Below are positions 9,917 to 19,898 of a stretch of DNA of 64,000 nt, piece after piece. Both the position numbers and the translations under genes were made by a program. The notes under the pieces were generated by a model that saw only the letters and a program-made list of their open reading frames with translations, searched no databases and was not told the DNA's origin. Position 1 is the first letter of the stretch; each line of letters opens with the position of its first letter. The stretch comes from Oligoflexales bacterium (GTDB taxonomy: Bacteria; Bdellovibrionota_B; Oligoflexia; Oligoflexales; CAIYRB01), in contig JBGSUI010000056.1 of assembly GCA_041736175.1 (NCBI GenBank), forward strand, positions 94,347 through 158,346. The letters run 5' to 3'.

Positions 9917-11620
9917 ATGAGTTTGCAAATCAGAACCGTGTATGTGATCCTGGCTTTTATGATTGGTTTCGGTCCCGAGGGGCTGGCAGCTCCCAACAAT
10001 AAACAACTCAATATAGGTACGGGGCAAGAGTTTGACACCCTGAACCAGCTGGTCTCGTCAGCATCAGCATCACACTATCTGGCGCACATGACCAATCGGT
10101 CTCTTATCGTACCCAATGCCGACTGGAAGTGGGAGTGCCAACTTTGTGTGGAAATCCCGACCCTCCAAAATGGCATGGTCAAGACGATCGAAGAGGGTGG
10201 CCAAAAAAAGATGGTCGTAAGCTGGAAGATCAAACCTGAAGCGGTTTGGAGCGACGGCACCCCGGTCACTGGTAAAGATATACAGTTTAGCTGGGAAGTC
10301 GGCACCGATCTAAAGGTTTCCGTCGGTGAGCGGGACTACTACGACCGCATCGAGTCGATCACCCCGGATCCTATAGATCCCAAAGCCTTTTCCATGAAAT
10401 ATAAAAAGGCCCGTTATGATTACTACCAGCTTTCGTCGTTTTTTGTCCTGCCCAGCCATATCGAAGGGCCTATCTACAACAAACATAAAGCGCAGCTCGG
10501 AGCCTATGAGAAAAACTCAGCCTTTGTGGTCGACCCCACCAGGCTCGGTCTTTCGAATGGGCCTTATATGTACAAGGAAGTCAAACTGGGCAGCCATGTA
10601 ACCCTCGTCAAAAATCCCAAGTGGTACGGCAAGGCCGCCGCGATTGAGACCGTGATCGTCAAGGTGATTCCCAACACCCAAACCTTAGAGGCTAACCTGG
10701 TTTCAGGGACCATCGATATGATTGGAGAGCTAGGCTTAACCTTTGACCAAGCCATCGCCCTCGACAAGCGCCTTAAAAAGCAGCCCGAACTGGCCAAGAA
10801 ATATAAAGTGGGATTTGAAGAGTCGCTGATCTACGAGCATGTGGAGCTAAACCTGGACAATCCTATCCTCGCTGATCTGCGGGTGCGTAAGGCACTGATG
10901 CATGCCTTAGACCGCCAAAAGCTTGTGGATGCTCTTTTCGAAGGTAAACAAAAGGTCACCCATACCCATGTCCACCCTCGGGATGTTTACTTTTCCGATG
11001 CCGTCACCAAGTACGAACCTAATCTAGCCAAGGCCGCCAGTCTCCTGGACGAAGCAGGGTGGAAGCTTGGCTCCCCCGGCTCCCCCGTTTATCGAGAAAA
11101 GGATGGAAAACGCCTGAGTCTTACCATTATGACCACGGCTGGCAATAAGACCCGGGAGCTGGTTGAGGTTTTTATCCAAGAGCAGTTCAAAAAGGTAGGG
11201 GTCGAGTTAAATATTAACAACGTCCCTCCTCGGGTGTTGTTTGGCGAAACCACTCCAAAGAGGCAGTTTACCGGACTTGCCATGTTTGCCCAAACGTCCA
11301 CTCCCGAGAATCCGCCGATCAGCACCATGCACTCTAGCCAGATTCCATCTAAAGAAAATGGTTATGGAGGACAAAATTATGGTGGCTGGAGGAATAAACG
11401 CAATGATGAAATCCTCGATACGGTCTTTACAGAATTTGATCTCGAAAAACGTAAGGTCCTGATGGCGGAACAACAGCGAATCTACTCGGATGATGTCCCC
11501 CATTTTCCCCTCTATATGCGGGCCGATGTCTCGGTGGTTCCTACCAATCTTAAGGGTTATAGGATGACCGGGCATCTCACCCAGTCCACCCACTGGATCC
11601 AGGATTGGAAGCTAGAATGA
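9917..11620 (+). CDS. oppA: Peptide ABC transporter substrate-binding protein (family 5)
   Basis: Signal peptide; WSDGTPVTGKD, NGPY and DLRVRKALMHALDR; RBS AAGGAG upstream. Confidence 0.92.
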   Translation: MSLQIRTVYVILAFMIGFGPEGLAAPNNKQLNIGTGQEFDTLNQLVSSASASHYLAHMTNRSLIVPNADWKWECQLCVEIPTLQNGMVKTIEEGGQKKMVVSWKIKPEAVWSDGTPVTGKDIQFSWEVGTDLKVSVGERDYYDRIESITPDPIDPKAFSMKYKKARYDYYQLSSFFVLPSHIEGPIYNKHKAQLGAYEKNSAFVVDPTRLGLSNGPYMYKEVKLGSHVTLVKNPKWYGKAAAIETVIVKVIPNTQTLEANLVSGTIDMIGELGLTFDQAIALDKRLKKQPELAKKYKVGFEESLIYEHVELNLDNPILADLRVRKALMHALDRQKLVDALFEGKQKVTHTHVHPRDVYFSDAVTKYEPNLAKAASLLDEAGWKLGSPGSPVYREKDGKRLSLTIMTTAGNKTRELVEVFIQEQFKKVGVELNINNVPPRVLFGETTPKRQFTGLAMFAQTSTPENPPISTMHSSQIPSKENGYGGQNYGGWRNKRNDEILDTVFTEFDLEKRKVLMAEQQRIYSDDVPHFPLYMRADVSVVPTNLKGYRMTGHLTQSTHWIQDWKLE

Positions 11621-11717
11621 TCTAGGGAGTCTCCTCGAAAGGAGGGGCCCCCTGTTAGGTATAAGTGTGTGCGGCTTATCGAAACGGAAAAAAAGTCACT
11701 TAGGTTGGGGTTCTACT

Positions 11718-12692
11718 ATGGCAGCATTTATCGCGAGGCGCTTGATCCAGACCGTGATCTTGATTTTGCTTTTGTCTTTTGCCAGCTACTGGATGATGGG
11801 ACTTATGCCTGGAGATCCCCTGGACGTCGCTTGCCAAGCCAATCCCCATTGCACCCCAGAAAACCTCGAGCAGATGAAAAAAAATCTAGGTTTAGACCAA
11901 CCGATCCATGTGCGCTACTTTCAGTGGTTGGGAGACCTGATGCGGGGGGACTTGGGATATTCCAGGACCTATCGCTTGCCGGTCACCGAGATCCTTGGTC
12001 CCCGTCTCGTCAACACCCTCTACCTATCAGGGATTTCCCTGCTCTTGTCATTGATCATCGCCATCCCCTTGGGTGTCTACACCAGTCTTCGTCAAAACTC
12101 TAAGATCGACTACACCCTAAACATGTTTGCTTTTGCGGGCATCTCCGTCCCCTCTTTTTGGTTGGCCTTGATGCTGATCATCACCTTTGCGGTCAAGCTT
12201 AATTGGCTGCCCGCAAGCGGTACGGAAACCATCGGTGGCGACGGGATGATGAATTCTTTTGAGATCGCCTTAGACCGCATTAGATATTTGATTTTACCAG
12301 TCACCACCCTTTCCCTTTTGACCATTGCCTCCTGGGTACGCTACACCCGCGCCAAAATGTTAGAGACCATGCGCAACGACTATATCCGCACGGCCCGAGC
12401 CAAAGGCCTGTCGGAATCTCGGGTGATCTATCGACACGGATTGCGCAATGCCCTGATTCCTGTGGTCACCGTGGTGGCTTTGGGTTTCTCGGGGCTTTTT
12501 TCAGGGGCCGTGATCACCGAAACAGTCTTTGCATACCAAGGTGCGGGCAAACTGATTTTTGATTCGATTTTTGCCAACGACTACAATGTGGCCATGTGCA
12601 GCTTTATCGTTACCAGCCTCTGTGTGATGCTGATGAACTTGGTTGCCGATGTCCTCTATGCTTATTTGGATCCACGGATTTCCTACCATTAG
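11718..12692 (+). CDS. oppB: Peptide ABC transporter permease
   Basis: MPGDP, GLDQPIHVRYFQW, DYIRTARAKGL (EAA loop) and LDPRI. Start set to the ATG of MAAFIARR. Confidence 0.95.
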   Translation: MAAFIARRLIQTVILILLLSFASYWMMGLMPGDPLDVACQANPHCTPENLEQMKKNLGLDQPIHVRYFQWLGDLMRGDLGYSRTYRLPVTEILGPRLVNTLYLSGISLLLSLIIAIPLGVYTSLRQNSKIDYTLNMFAFAGISVPSFWLALMLIITFAVKLNWLPASGTETIGGDGMMNSFEIALDRIRYLILPVTTLSLLTIASWVRYTRAKMLETMRNDYIRTARAKGLSESRVIYRHGLRNALIPVVTVVALGFSGLFSGAVITETVFAYQGAGKLIFDSIFANDYNVAMCSFIVTSLCVMLMNLVADVLYAYLDPRISYH

Positions 12693-12723
12693 GGAAAACC
12701 TTGTTTTAATTTAGGGAGTCAAT

Positions 12724-13695
12724 GTGAGTACCACCGAAAAGCCTCTGTCACCCCATGGGATCCCAGCCGCTCAGGAGACCCCACCCGCAGACATTCATGC
12801 CCATAAATCCATGTTTCAGCTTGCTATCGGGCAGCTTATGGAACATCGGATGGCTGTCGTAAGTCTGGTGGTGATCTGTTTTTTTGTGTTGGTCGCCCTG
12901 GGCGCAAACTTGATTGCTAACAGTCTTGGCATCGACCCCGAGGCCCAAGACATCCTCAATCGCTATGGTCCATGGAGTGCCGAACATTGGCTAGGGACCG
13001 ACGAAGTCGGTCGCGATGTTTTTGTCCGGCTGATCTTTGGTACCAGAATTTCCCTGATGGTTGCGTTTGTCGTTGCGATCGCGTCGACCATGATCGGGAT
13101 TGCGGTCGGTGCGCTGGCCGGTTATTACGGCGGAGTGGTTGATATGCTGCTGATGCGCCTTACCGATTCCCTCCTTGCACTCCCGACGATTCCCATTTTG
13201 ATTATTGTGGCCAGCATCGATCCAGCCAGGGTGCCTTTTTTAGACACGGTAAGCGCTGAAAATGTCAGTATCGTAAAAATGATTTTTGTACTGATGATTT
13301 TTTCGTGGATGGTACAGGCTCGTCTGGTGCGTGGCGAGGTTCTAGCGATTAAAGAACAAGAGTATGTCCTAGCCGCGAAGACTTCGGGGATGAACGGTAT
13401 GCAGATCATACTTAAAGAATTGATCCCAAATGTGATCACACCGGTGATTGTTTCCGTCACCCTCGGCATCGGATCTTCGATCCTATTCGAGGCAGCCCTC
13501 AGCTTCTTAGGACTCGGAATCCAACCACCCACGCCATCCTGGGGCAATATGCTTAACAATGCCCAGGAGATCGTCTATAGCGCGCCCCTGTTGGCGGTGA
13601 TTCCTGGACTGCTTATCCTGATCATCACCATGAGCTTTAACTTTTTAGGGGACGGCCTCCAAGACGCCCTCGATCCCAAGGCGATTCGCCGCTAG
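12724..13695 (+). CDS. oppC: Peptide ABC transporter permease
   Basis: HWLGTDEVGRD, EYVLAAK, SFLGLG..PPTPSWG and GDGLQDALDP. Confidence 0.95.
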   Translation: MSTTEKPLSPHGIPAAQETPPADIHAHKSMFQLAIGQLMEHRMAVVSLVVICFFVLVALGANLIANSLGIDPEAQDILNRYGPWSAEHWLGTDEVGRDVFVRLIFGTRISLMVAFVVAIASTMIGIAVGALAGYYGGVVDMLLMRLTDSLLALPTIPILIIVASIDPARVPFLDTVSAENVSIVKMIFVLMIFSWMVQARLVRGEVLAIKEQEYVLAAKTSGMNGMQIILKELIPNVITPVIVSVTLGIGSSILFEAALSFLGLGIQPPTPSWGNMLNNAQEIVYSAPLLAVIPGLLILIITMSFNFLGDGLQDALDPKAIRR

Positions 13696-13707
13696 TTTTA
13701 AAAAGGC

Positions 13708-13740
13708 TAAAGCCCAAAGCATCCTCTGCTATGGGCTTTA
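13708..13740. terminator. Probable bidirectional intrinsic terminator
   Basis: TAAAGCCCA-A-AGCA-TCCTC-TGCT-A-TGGGCTTTA hairpin between convergent genes. Confidence 0.75.
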
Positions 13741-13762
13741 ACTTTAAAGAGAGACTCTAAAC

Positions 13763-15208
13763 TTACTTGCTTTGGCTGGGTGTTTGCCCTGGGGTCTGGG
13801 TCGGAGTCTGTGCGGGACCTTTACCGCCACCAGTGCTGGTACCTGTTCCTTTACCGGGGGCGCCATCTTCATCTCCCTTAGCAGGAGGTGCAGGAGGCAT
13901 CGGGGTCGCCGGAGGTGTTGGAGTCGCGGGAGGCGTTGGGGTTGCCGGAGTCGCCGGCGTCGTAGGGGTCTCTGGAGTCCCAGGTGCTGGAGGATTTGGC
14001 TCCTTGCCATCTCCACCGGGAGCCGTGGCCGGAGGTGTTGCCGGCGTTGCGGGAGGAGTCCCTTTGCCGGTTTCAGCCGTGGGGATAAATCCACCTTCGC
14101 CACCCTTACCGTAGTCGACACCGTCACCTTTTCCCGAGTCCGCTGCCCCCTTGTCACCAGTGCCGGTAGAGGAGCCTACATCAAATTTACATTGGGAGCC
14201 CTTGTCGACGTTGATCATCGTAACATAGGTTTCAGGTTTAGCATTCAGGTATTTAAGGGTATCCGTCAACTTGAGAACTGACTTAGATTCAGGGGTTTGA
14301 TCGAATTTAATCGTGCGGTTGTAGGTCGTGTCTTTGCCTTTGACTCCAACCGAAAAGGCAGCTACATGACTAAAGAGATTGTTCTCGGATTTGCGGCTGA
14401 TATTAAATTCGCCGGAAAGGGTTTCAAGGGCACCGCCCTCGGCCTTGTGAACCACCTGGACTGAGGCATTAAAGCTCCCCTGGGTGCTGCTGCCTAAGGC
14501 CCGTTTGAAACCGATACCGAGGATTTGGGTGGCGTCTGCTTCTTTGATTTTGGGATCGACCGACTCATTTTTTATTTCAGTAAGTTGGATCGTAAAGCTA
14601 CCCGTCGTCACCGTTTCGCCGTTGACGTCTTCGACGTTGGTGTCACCGGAAATCTTGAGCCCTAATTCCATCAAAATAAGTTGGGCGACGGCAGCTAGCT
14701 CTTTTGAGGCACCCTTTAAGGCCGGATTTAGTTTACCAGCACTTGCTTCGGAGAGCTTTGCCAGCACTGCGGTCTTAAGGATCATACCTAAGAAGTTGTT
14801 TGCTTCGTGCATATTGAACTTAAGTCCAATGTTGCGGCAGCTTTCCTTGCTATAATAAAATCCAGAGTCGCTTCCGCCAAAGAGGCCATCCTTCTTGGAA
14901 ACCTTTGCTGACCCTAACTCGATAAGATGGGTTCGGTAGTTTCTAACAGCATTGCGGACGTCTTGCCGGTAGTCTTTCTTAGCAAGCTCCTTGATCACCA
15001 AGTCGATGCCCATGACTTTAAGTTGATCCAAATGTTTTAGAAAATCTTCTGAATTTGCAAGATTGAGTGCAGCAGAATTCTCTACAGAGGATAGGTCAAC
15101 ATCCCGAGGTTTCTTTTGCACTTTAACAACTAGGTTTCCACAACTTGACATGACCAAGCCTGTAGCCAACCCGACACTTATGCCTTTGATCCGTGGTGTA
15201 ATACGCAT
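13763..15208 (-). CDS. Lipoprotein with a Gly/Pro/Thr-rich low-complexity C-terminal tail
   Basis: Lipobox MSSC after MRITPRIK (RBS GGGAG upstream). PATP/PPATP and QTP repeats at the C-terminus. Confidence 0.75.
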   Translation of the reverse strand: MRITPRIKGISVGLATGLVMSSCGNLVVKVQKKPRDVDLSSVENSAALNLANSEDFLKHLDQLKVMGIDLVIKELAKKDYRQDVRNAVRNYRTHLIELGSAKVSKKDGLFGGSDSGFYYSKESCRNIGLKFNMHEANNFLGMILKTAVLAKLSEASAGKLNPALKGASKELAAVAQLILMELGLKISGDTNVEDVNGETVTTGSFTIQLTEIKNESVDPKIKEADATQILGIGFKRALGSSTQGSFNASVQVVHKAEGGALETLSGEFNISRKSENNLFSHVAAFSVGVKGKDTTYNRTIKFDQTPESKSVLKLTDTLKYLNAKPETYVTMINVDKGSQCKFDVGSSTGTGDKGAADSGKGDGVDYGKGGEGGFIPTAETGKGTPPATPATPPATAPGGDGKEPNPPAPGTPETPTTPATPATPTPPATPTPPATPMPPAPPAKGDEDGAPGKGTGTSTGGGKGPAQTPTQTPGQTPSQSK

Positions 15209-15493
15209 CGCTCCCATCCCAATATTCAACAGTTTCAACTCAGCTTTCAACGAGGGCAACACTACCCTGTCAACAGAATCCCTAGTGCAAAGACTAGGCC
15301 ACAAGACTCGCAGTCACCCCCGATAGTAGCCAATCGCCACAAATGACGAGTCTTTTGCTGTTCGCAGGTTTTGTGGTCATCCCTAGGATTGGGTTTTTTA
15401 GGTGTCTTTTTTTTAGTCACCGGCTAACGAATAGCCAAAATTGAGCATATGACCTGATCACTCGGGATCCGATCACACGGATCTCTCGAGGCC

Positions 15494-16258
15494 CTATCCC
15501 TGATCCAAGGGGCTGTGGCTGTGTTGGAGAAGAAGCCGGTCTCCCACAATCTTAAAGACCCGCGGTGAAAACAGGAGCCCTAGGTGTCCCACACTTGAGA
15601 TTTGGACGGAGTCAGCCTCCTGCTCGGCAAAAACCCGCGGTATAACGATATTATCCGATCCCCCCACGATCGCCAAAGGTCGCACGTTGCGGGCACGGTC
15701 CCGGGACTTGTTAAGGCGATGGATCAGGGGTGAATCCGGTCGCAGCTCCCGTCCGATGCGGTCCCATAGCCAATAGGAGTTGTAGGTCCCGCTATGGGGC
15801 GTGCCGATCGTGATGCAGTGGTCGACCCGCCGGTAGCCCCCTAACTCTTGGATATAGGCTCGCGCCACGAGGCCACCAAGACTATGACCGATTAAATCGA
15901 TGCGTCCCCCTCGGACGTAATGGTGGAGAAACCCTTTGAGCTGGATGGCAGCTTGCATCACCCCTATTTTTGAGGAGTATTGATAGTCCAATTGGCTACG
16001 GTAGCCGCGGAAACTCAAATACTGGGCCAATGGCCGGAGACAGGAGCGGTTGGCAAGATAGCCATGGATAAAAACAACAGTCCGGAGGTCACGGGTCCGG
16101 GGAGTCAGCTGATTTTTGTGGGGCGTCATCCCAAAAGGATACATCAACACCGATGCCAGTCCTGCGAGCACTTCTTTGGCAACAAGAAGTCCAGGGTGTT
16201 GCTCTGAAGGCGGATAATCTTGGACCATCCAAAGGCTCCGAGGTGAAGGGTGACTCAT
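15494..16258 (-). CDS. Alpha/beta hydrolase (lipase/esterase)
   Basis: VFIHGY oxyanion loop, GHSLGG nucleophile elbow, IGTPHSG, D and GH catalytic positions. Start uncertain (ORF extends to 16357). Confidence 0.9.
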   Translation of the reverse strand: MSHPSPRSLWMVQDYPPSEQHPGLLVAKEVLAGLASVLMYPFGMTPHKNQLTPRTRDLRTVVFIHGYLANRSCLRPLAQYLSFRGYRSQLDYQYSSKIGVMQAAIQLKGFLHHYVRGGRIDLIGHSLGGLVARAYIQELGGYRRVDHCITIGTPHSGTYNSYWLWDRIGRELRPDSPLIHRLNKSRDRARNVRPLAIVGGSDNIVIPRVFAEQEADSVQISSVGHLGLLFSPRVFKIVGDRLLLQHSHSPLDQG

Positions 16259-16329
16259 AGGATACCACAAATCGCAAATCTCCGACCTGGATTGACCGGG
16301 AAACTCTGGTAGGATGCTCCAGGGGAGGG

Positions 16330-18000
16330 ATGGGAAGCCTGGGTTCGCCAACATCACATGTTAATCAAGTTGATCGTAACCTAACGATCTCGATCGTCAG
16401 CGGCTGTCTTCTTATGGTTGTGCTTGCCATCGTCGGTGGCGTGCGTCATTACACTCCGGTGCCTCTCGGTGATATGTGGGATGGCTTTATCGATTTTTAT
16501 ACAAAAAGCGACGGAGCGGCTGCCTGGTGGGCCCAGCATAACGAACATCGTATCACCCTTACCAAGATACTGTTCTGGCTTGATCTTAAATGTTTTGGCG
16601 GTACCTTTTGGTTTCTCTTCGCCGTAAACTATCTCTTCGTCGGGATCAGTGGTGGGGTCTTTTACTTAATCCTGCGGGAAAGTAGGCCACATAAGGCAAG
16701 ACGCCAGGACGAAGGACTGGTCGCTTTATTTTTAGGTTCCTGGCTTTTTTTCTGGTCCCAAAAGGAAAATCTCACTTGGGGATTTCAATCCCAATTTTTT
16801 TTGGCTTATCTCCTCCCCCTTGGAGCTTTTTATAACTTAGCAAAGTCCATGGGGTCTGTCCGAGCCACCCCCTATTTTGCAATCGCTCTCGTTCTGGGAG
16901 CGGCGTCGGTTATAACCATGGCCAATGGCGTGCTGGTGTTGCCCTTGATGACTGTCTTTGGGGTAGTCTCTCGGCAAAGTTGGCGGCGTACAGTCGTTCT
17001 GATTATGAGTACGGTTTCTCTTCTCTCTCTTTACTTTATGGACTACCAATCTCCAGCGGCCCATGGTTCTCTAGCACACCAATGGGCAACCTATCCATGG
17101 CAGATGGGCCAATTTGTCCTCTACGAGTTAGGGTCACCCTTTTACTATATGGTTGGTTTAGAGGGGCTCGATAAACGGATCGCCTTGGTAGCGGGGATGA
17201 TATTTGTCCTGGCTATGGGTTTCTTTTGTTCTTTATTTTTATTCCAATCCTCCCAGCCGCCCACCCTCGTGGCGTTGATCTTTTTTCTCTTTTACATCGG
17301 CGGCACAGTCTTAGGGACTGCCGCTGGTCGCGTCCAGTTCGGGACCGATCAGGCCCTGAGCAGTCGCTATACAACACCGATCTTGATGGGTTGGGTGGCT
17401 CTTAGCATACTCTGCTGGCGAAGATTTGGTGGGGACTCAGGATGGCTGAGTCCTGGCAAACTTCGGTGGGGTATCCTCACGCTCTTAGTCCTTATGTTTC
17501 CCACGCAACGTACGGCTCTCAAGTCACAGGAGCAAAGGATTTTTGAGGGGAAATTTGCCGCCCTTGCCCTCCAACTTCAGATTTATGATAGGGCACAAAT
17601 CCAGCGGATCTACCCTAATGTCCCCAAGGTCCTATCGATCGCCCGCAAAGCATCCTTTCACCACCTTTCAGTCCTGGGTCGATTTCCCTTAAAGGATTTA
17701 AGTTTACAAACCGTTGAGCAGCTCGATCTTTCAAAAACTTTTAACGGGTGTATCGCGGGCCTTTATTCCATTGATTGGATCGCTGACGATCCTCAGATGC
17801 AAATCCTCAAAGGTCGGATTGAGTTTCCTGGGGACCATAAAGCCCCGAAGTTTATAAAGATCTCAGATAAGGACGGTCAGGTCTTTGGCTACGGCCTGAC
17901 GCAAGGTACCGAATTTCGCGCCTATGTCGTGGCTGATAAACTTAAGTCGCCCGTCGTGCTCACAGGGGAGAACTTCCGTTGTGAGTTGGTCGTGGAGTGA
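16330..18000 (+). CDS. Polytopic membrane protein, possible GT-C-type glycosyltransferase
   Basis: About 10-11 TM segments; P.GDMW and WWAQHNEHR in the first loop; SSRYTT later. Start uncertain. Confidence 0.55.
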   Translation: MGSLGSPTSHVNQVDRNLTISIVSGCLLMVVLAIVGGVRHYTPVPLGDMWDGFIDFYTKSDGAAAWWAQHNEHRITLTKILFWLDLKCFGGTFWFLFAVNYLFVGISGGVFYLILRESRPHKARRQDEGLVALFLGSWLFFWSQKENLTWGFQSQFFLAYLLPLGAFYNLAKSMGSVRATPYFAIALVLGAASVITMANGVLVLPLMTVFGVVSRQSWRRTVVLIMSTVSLLSLYFMDYQSPAAHGSLAHQWATYPWQMGQFVLYELGSPFYYMVGLEGLDKRIALVAGMIFVLAMGFFCSLFLFQSSQPPTLVALIFFLFYIGGTVLGTAAGRVQFGTDQALSSRYTTPILMGWVALSILCWRRFGGDSGWLSPGKLRWGILTLLVLMFPTQRTALKSQEQRIFEGKFAALALQLQIYDRAQIQRIYPNVPKVLSIARKASFHHLSVLGRFPLKDLSLQTVEQLDLSKTFNGCIAGLYSIDWIADDPQMQILKGRIEFPGDHKAPKFIKISDKDGQVFGYGLTQGTEFRAYVVADKLKSPVVLTGENFRCELVVE

Positions 18001-18134
18001 GAGTTTGTCCATCTCTTTCAAATAAAGGGAGAAATGCTTGTATTCCTCGTCACCCAAGAGTATAATACGGTCCAGAAGTTTCCGAGAAGTTTGATTAGTT
18101 AATTCGATTTTAGATTAGAATTTCCTAAGGAGGA

Positions 18135-18470
18135 ATGATCATGAGACGTACCTATATGCTTACCGCGTTATGGATGGGGTCTTTTTTTGTTACGTCCCTT
18201 GCCTCTGCTCAAGCCTATCCTCGCGTCAGAAATACGGCGACGGAGCGTCTGTGCGCCGATCCTAACTTGTTCGACAGTATTGCTGTCGGCCAACTTTGTT
18301 CCCGCTATTACGCTGGTTGGGGCGGTGGATGGGGCGGTGGATGGGGTGGTGGATGGGGCGGTCGACCAGGTGGCGGTTGGTACACCAGCGTCGATAGGTT
18401 TCGCGACTCCCTAACCCCCGATCGCCAATTTGACCGGTTAAATAGACCGTATGGTGATTATGGCGGCTAA
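18135..18470 (+). CDS. Small secreted protein with GGGW repeats
   Basis: Strong RBS AAGGAGG, signal peptide ending ASA, two Cys, (GWGG)x4. Confidence 0.8.
   Translation: MIMRRTYMLTALWMGSFFVTSLASAQAYPRVRNTATERLCADPNLFDSIAVGQLCSRYYAGWGGGWGGGWGGGWGGRPGGGWYTSVDRFRDSLTPDRQFDRLNRPYGDYGG
18315..18362 (+). repeat. 12-bp tandem repeat x4 (GGWTGGGGYGGT) encoding GWGG
   Basis: Read directly from the sequence. Confidence 0.9.
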
Positions 18471-18491
18471 GGTGATGTGCTCAAATCAGAT

Positions 18492-19880
18492 CTATGTCGC
18501 TGCCAGCAGTTGGTTCATCGTCTTTTTATAGCTGGCAGCGATTTTTCCAATATCCCGGTGAACTCCCTGACGAACTACCCACTCACCCCGACGTAGGGTC
18601 CCCGTGAACATCGAAGAATCACAGCAGTAAAAAAGGGTGCTGAAATACTTGTCTCGCGGTTTTCCAAAAAAAATCGGATGGTCGATGTTGATCATAAGGG
18701 CGTCCAGGGAATCGCCGACCTTAAGGGTATTTGGATCTCCAGCAGCAACCCGCGCTTTTTGGAGGCTCGCCCATAGCAGGGTCGCGGAGTCGTCACCCCC
18801 AAGGGTGCAAACTGGATTTCGCTTTTCCTTGCATAGCCGCTGAACATAATCTAACCAGCGCAAATCTTCGAGAGGATTCAGTCCAATCTGGCTATCAGTC
18901 CCCAAGAGAAAAGCACCACGGGTTTGCGCTCCGGCTCCGAGAAAAGGTAGTAGGGGGAAAAAACCGTCTCCTAAATTGCCCTCTGTTGATGGGCAAAGCA
19001 CGAGATTCGCACCCCTACGAGCGACGTCTTGGATCTCTTCAGGAGTGGAATGGGTACCGTGGACTAAGAAAAATTGTTGGTTAACCTCGACGGAGTCCAG
19101 GAGCCAGCGGGTAGGGGAACATCCCAGATGCTGGATGCCCTCTTGGACCTCCCGCCGCTGTTCGGCGATATGCAAATGCTTGGGTCCAAGGTCTTTCATA
19201 TTTAAGACTTCGAGGGCCACGGCAGGGTCCACGGCTCTAAGGGAATGGATTCCTGTGCCGACCTGGATATCAGTCATGGACCGAGCATATGAGCGGCAGG
19301 ACGCAATCAGGTCGAGGTATGCATCCAGAGAGGGGTGGATAAACCGCCGCTGCCGGGGAAAGGGTGGTGTATTGAAATTGCCCTTCTGGTAAAGAACCGG
19401 GACCAGAAGGAGTTTTATGCCGACTCTTTGGGCGGCTGTCATCAAACGTAGGCTGAGTTCTGCGGGATCTTGATAGGACTGTCCCTTTTTGTCTTGGTGT
19501 AAGTAGTGAAATTCAACCACCGAGGTGTAGCCAAATCGGAGCATCTCGGCATACACCATCGCCGCAAGGTCTTCTACCTCTTCGGGGTCAACCGAAAGGG
19601 CGACTTTGTACATGGTTTCACGCCAGCTCCAAAAATCATCGTGGACACCAACTTCCGGGAGAGACTCTGTAAGTCCGCCCATCGCATATTGGAAGGCATG
19701 GGAATGTCCGTTACAAAACCCCGGAAGAGCCCAGCCCTCAATCGATACGGGCGGAGTGGGCCAGGTTTGATCAGGAGTGCTTGAGACTTCGGTGATGATG
19801 CCATGGGCATCTGTCTTTACAAAAGCAGGTTGGAACCACTTTTGATCGCTCCATAAAAGTTCAAATCGATAATATCCCAT
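18492..19880 (-). CDS. hutF: Formimidoylglutamate deiminase
   Basis: PGFCNGHSHAFQ, FWSWRE.MY, EFHYLH, HSLRAV, HIAEQ, CPSTEGNLGDG and GTDS; adjacent to hutG. Confidence 0.93.
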   Translation of the reverse strand: MGYYRFELLWSDQKWFQPAFVKTDAHGIITEVSSTPDQTWPTPPVSIEGWALPGFCNGHSHAFQYAMGGLTESLPEVGVHDDFWSWRETMYKVALSVDPEEVEDLAAMVYAEMLRFGYTSVVEFHYLHQDKKGQSYQDPAELSLRLMTAAQRVGIKLLLVPVLYQKGNFNTPPFPRQRRFIHPSLDAYLDLIASCRSYARSMTDIQVGTGIHSLRAVDPAVALEVLNMKDLGPKHLHIAEQRREVQEGIQHLGCSPTRWLLDSVEVNQQFFLVHGTHSTPEEIQDVARRGANLVLCPSTEGNLGDGFFPLLPFLGAGAQTRGAFLLGTDSQIGLNPLEDLRWLDYVQRLCKEKRNPVCTLGGDDSATLLWASLQKARVAAGDPNTLKVGDSLDALMINIDHPIFFGKPRDKYFSTLFYCCDSSMFTGTLRRGEWVVRQGVHRDIGKIAASYKKTMNQLLAAT

Positions 19881-19898
19881 GGGAAGACCCTCAGTAAA

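Noticed and set aside
13744..14281. Several overlapping ORFs and repeat-like DNA
   Set aside because: Shadow frames of the Pro/Thr/Ala-rich tail of the minus-strand lipoprotein; not a CRISPR array or separate genes.
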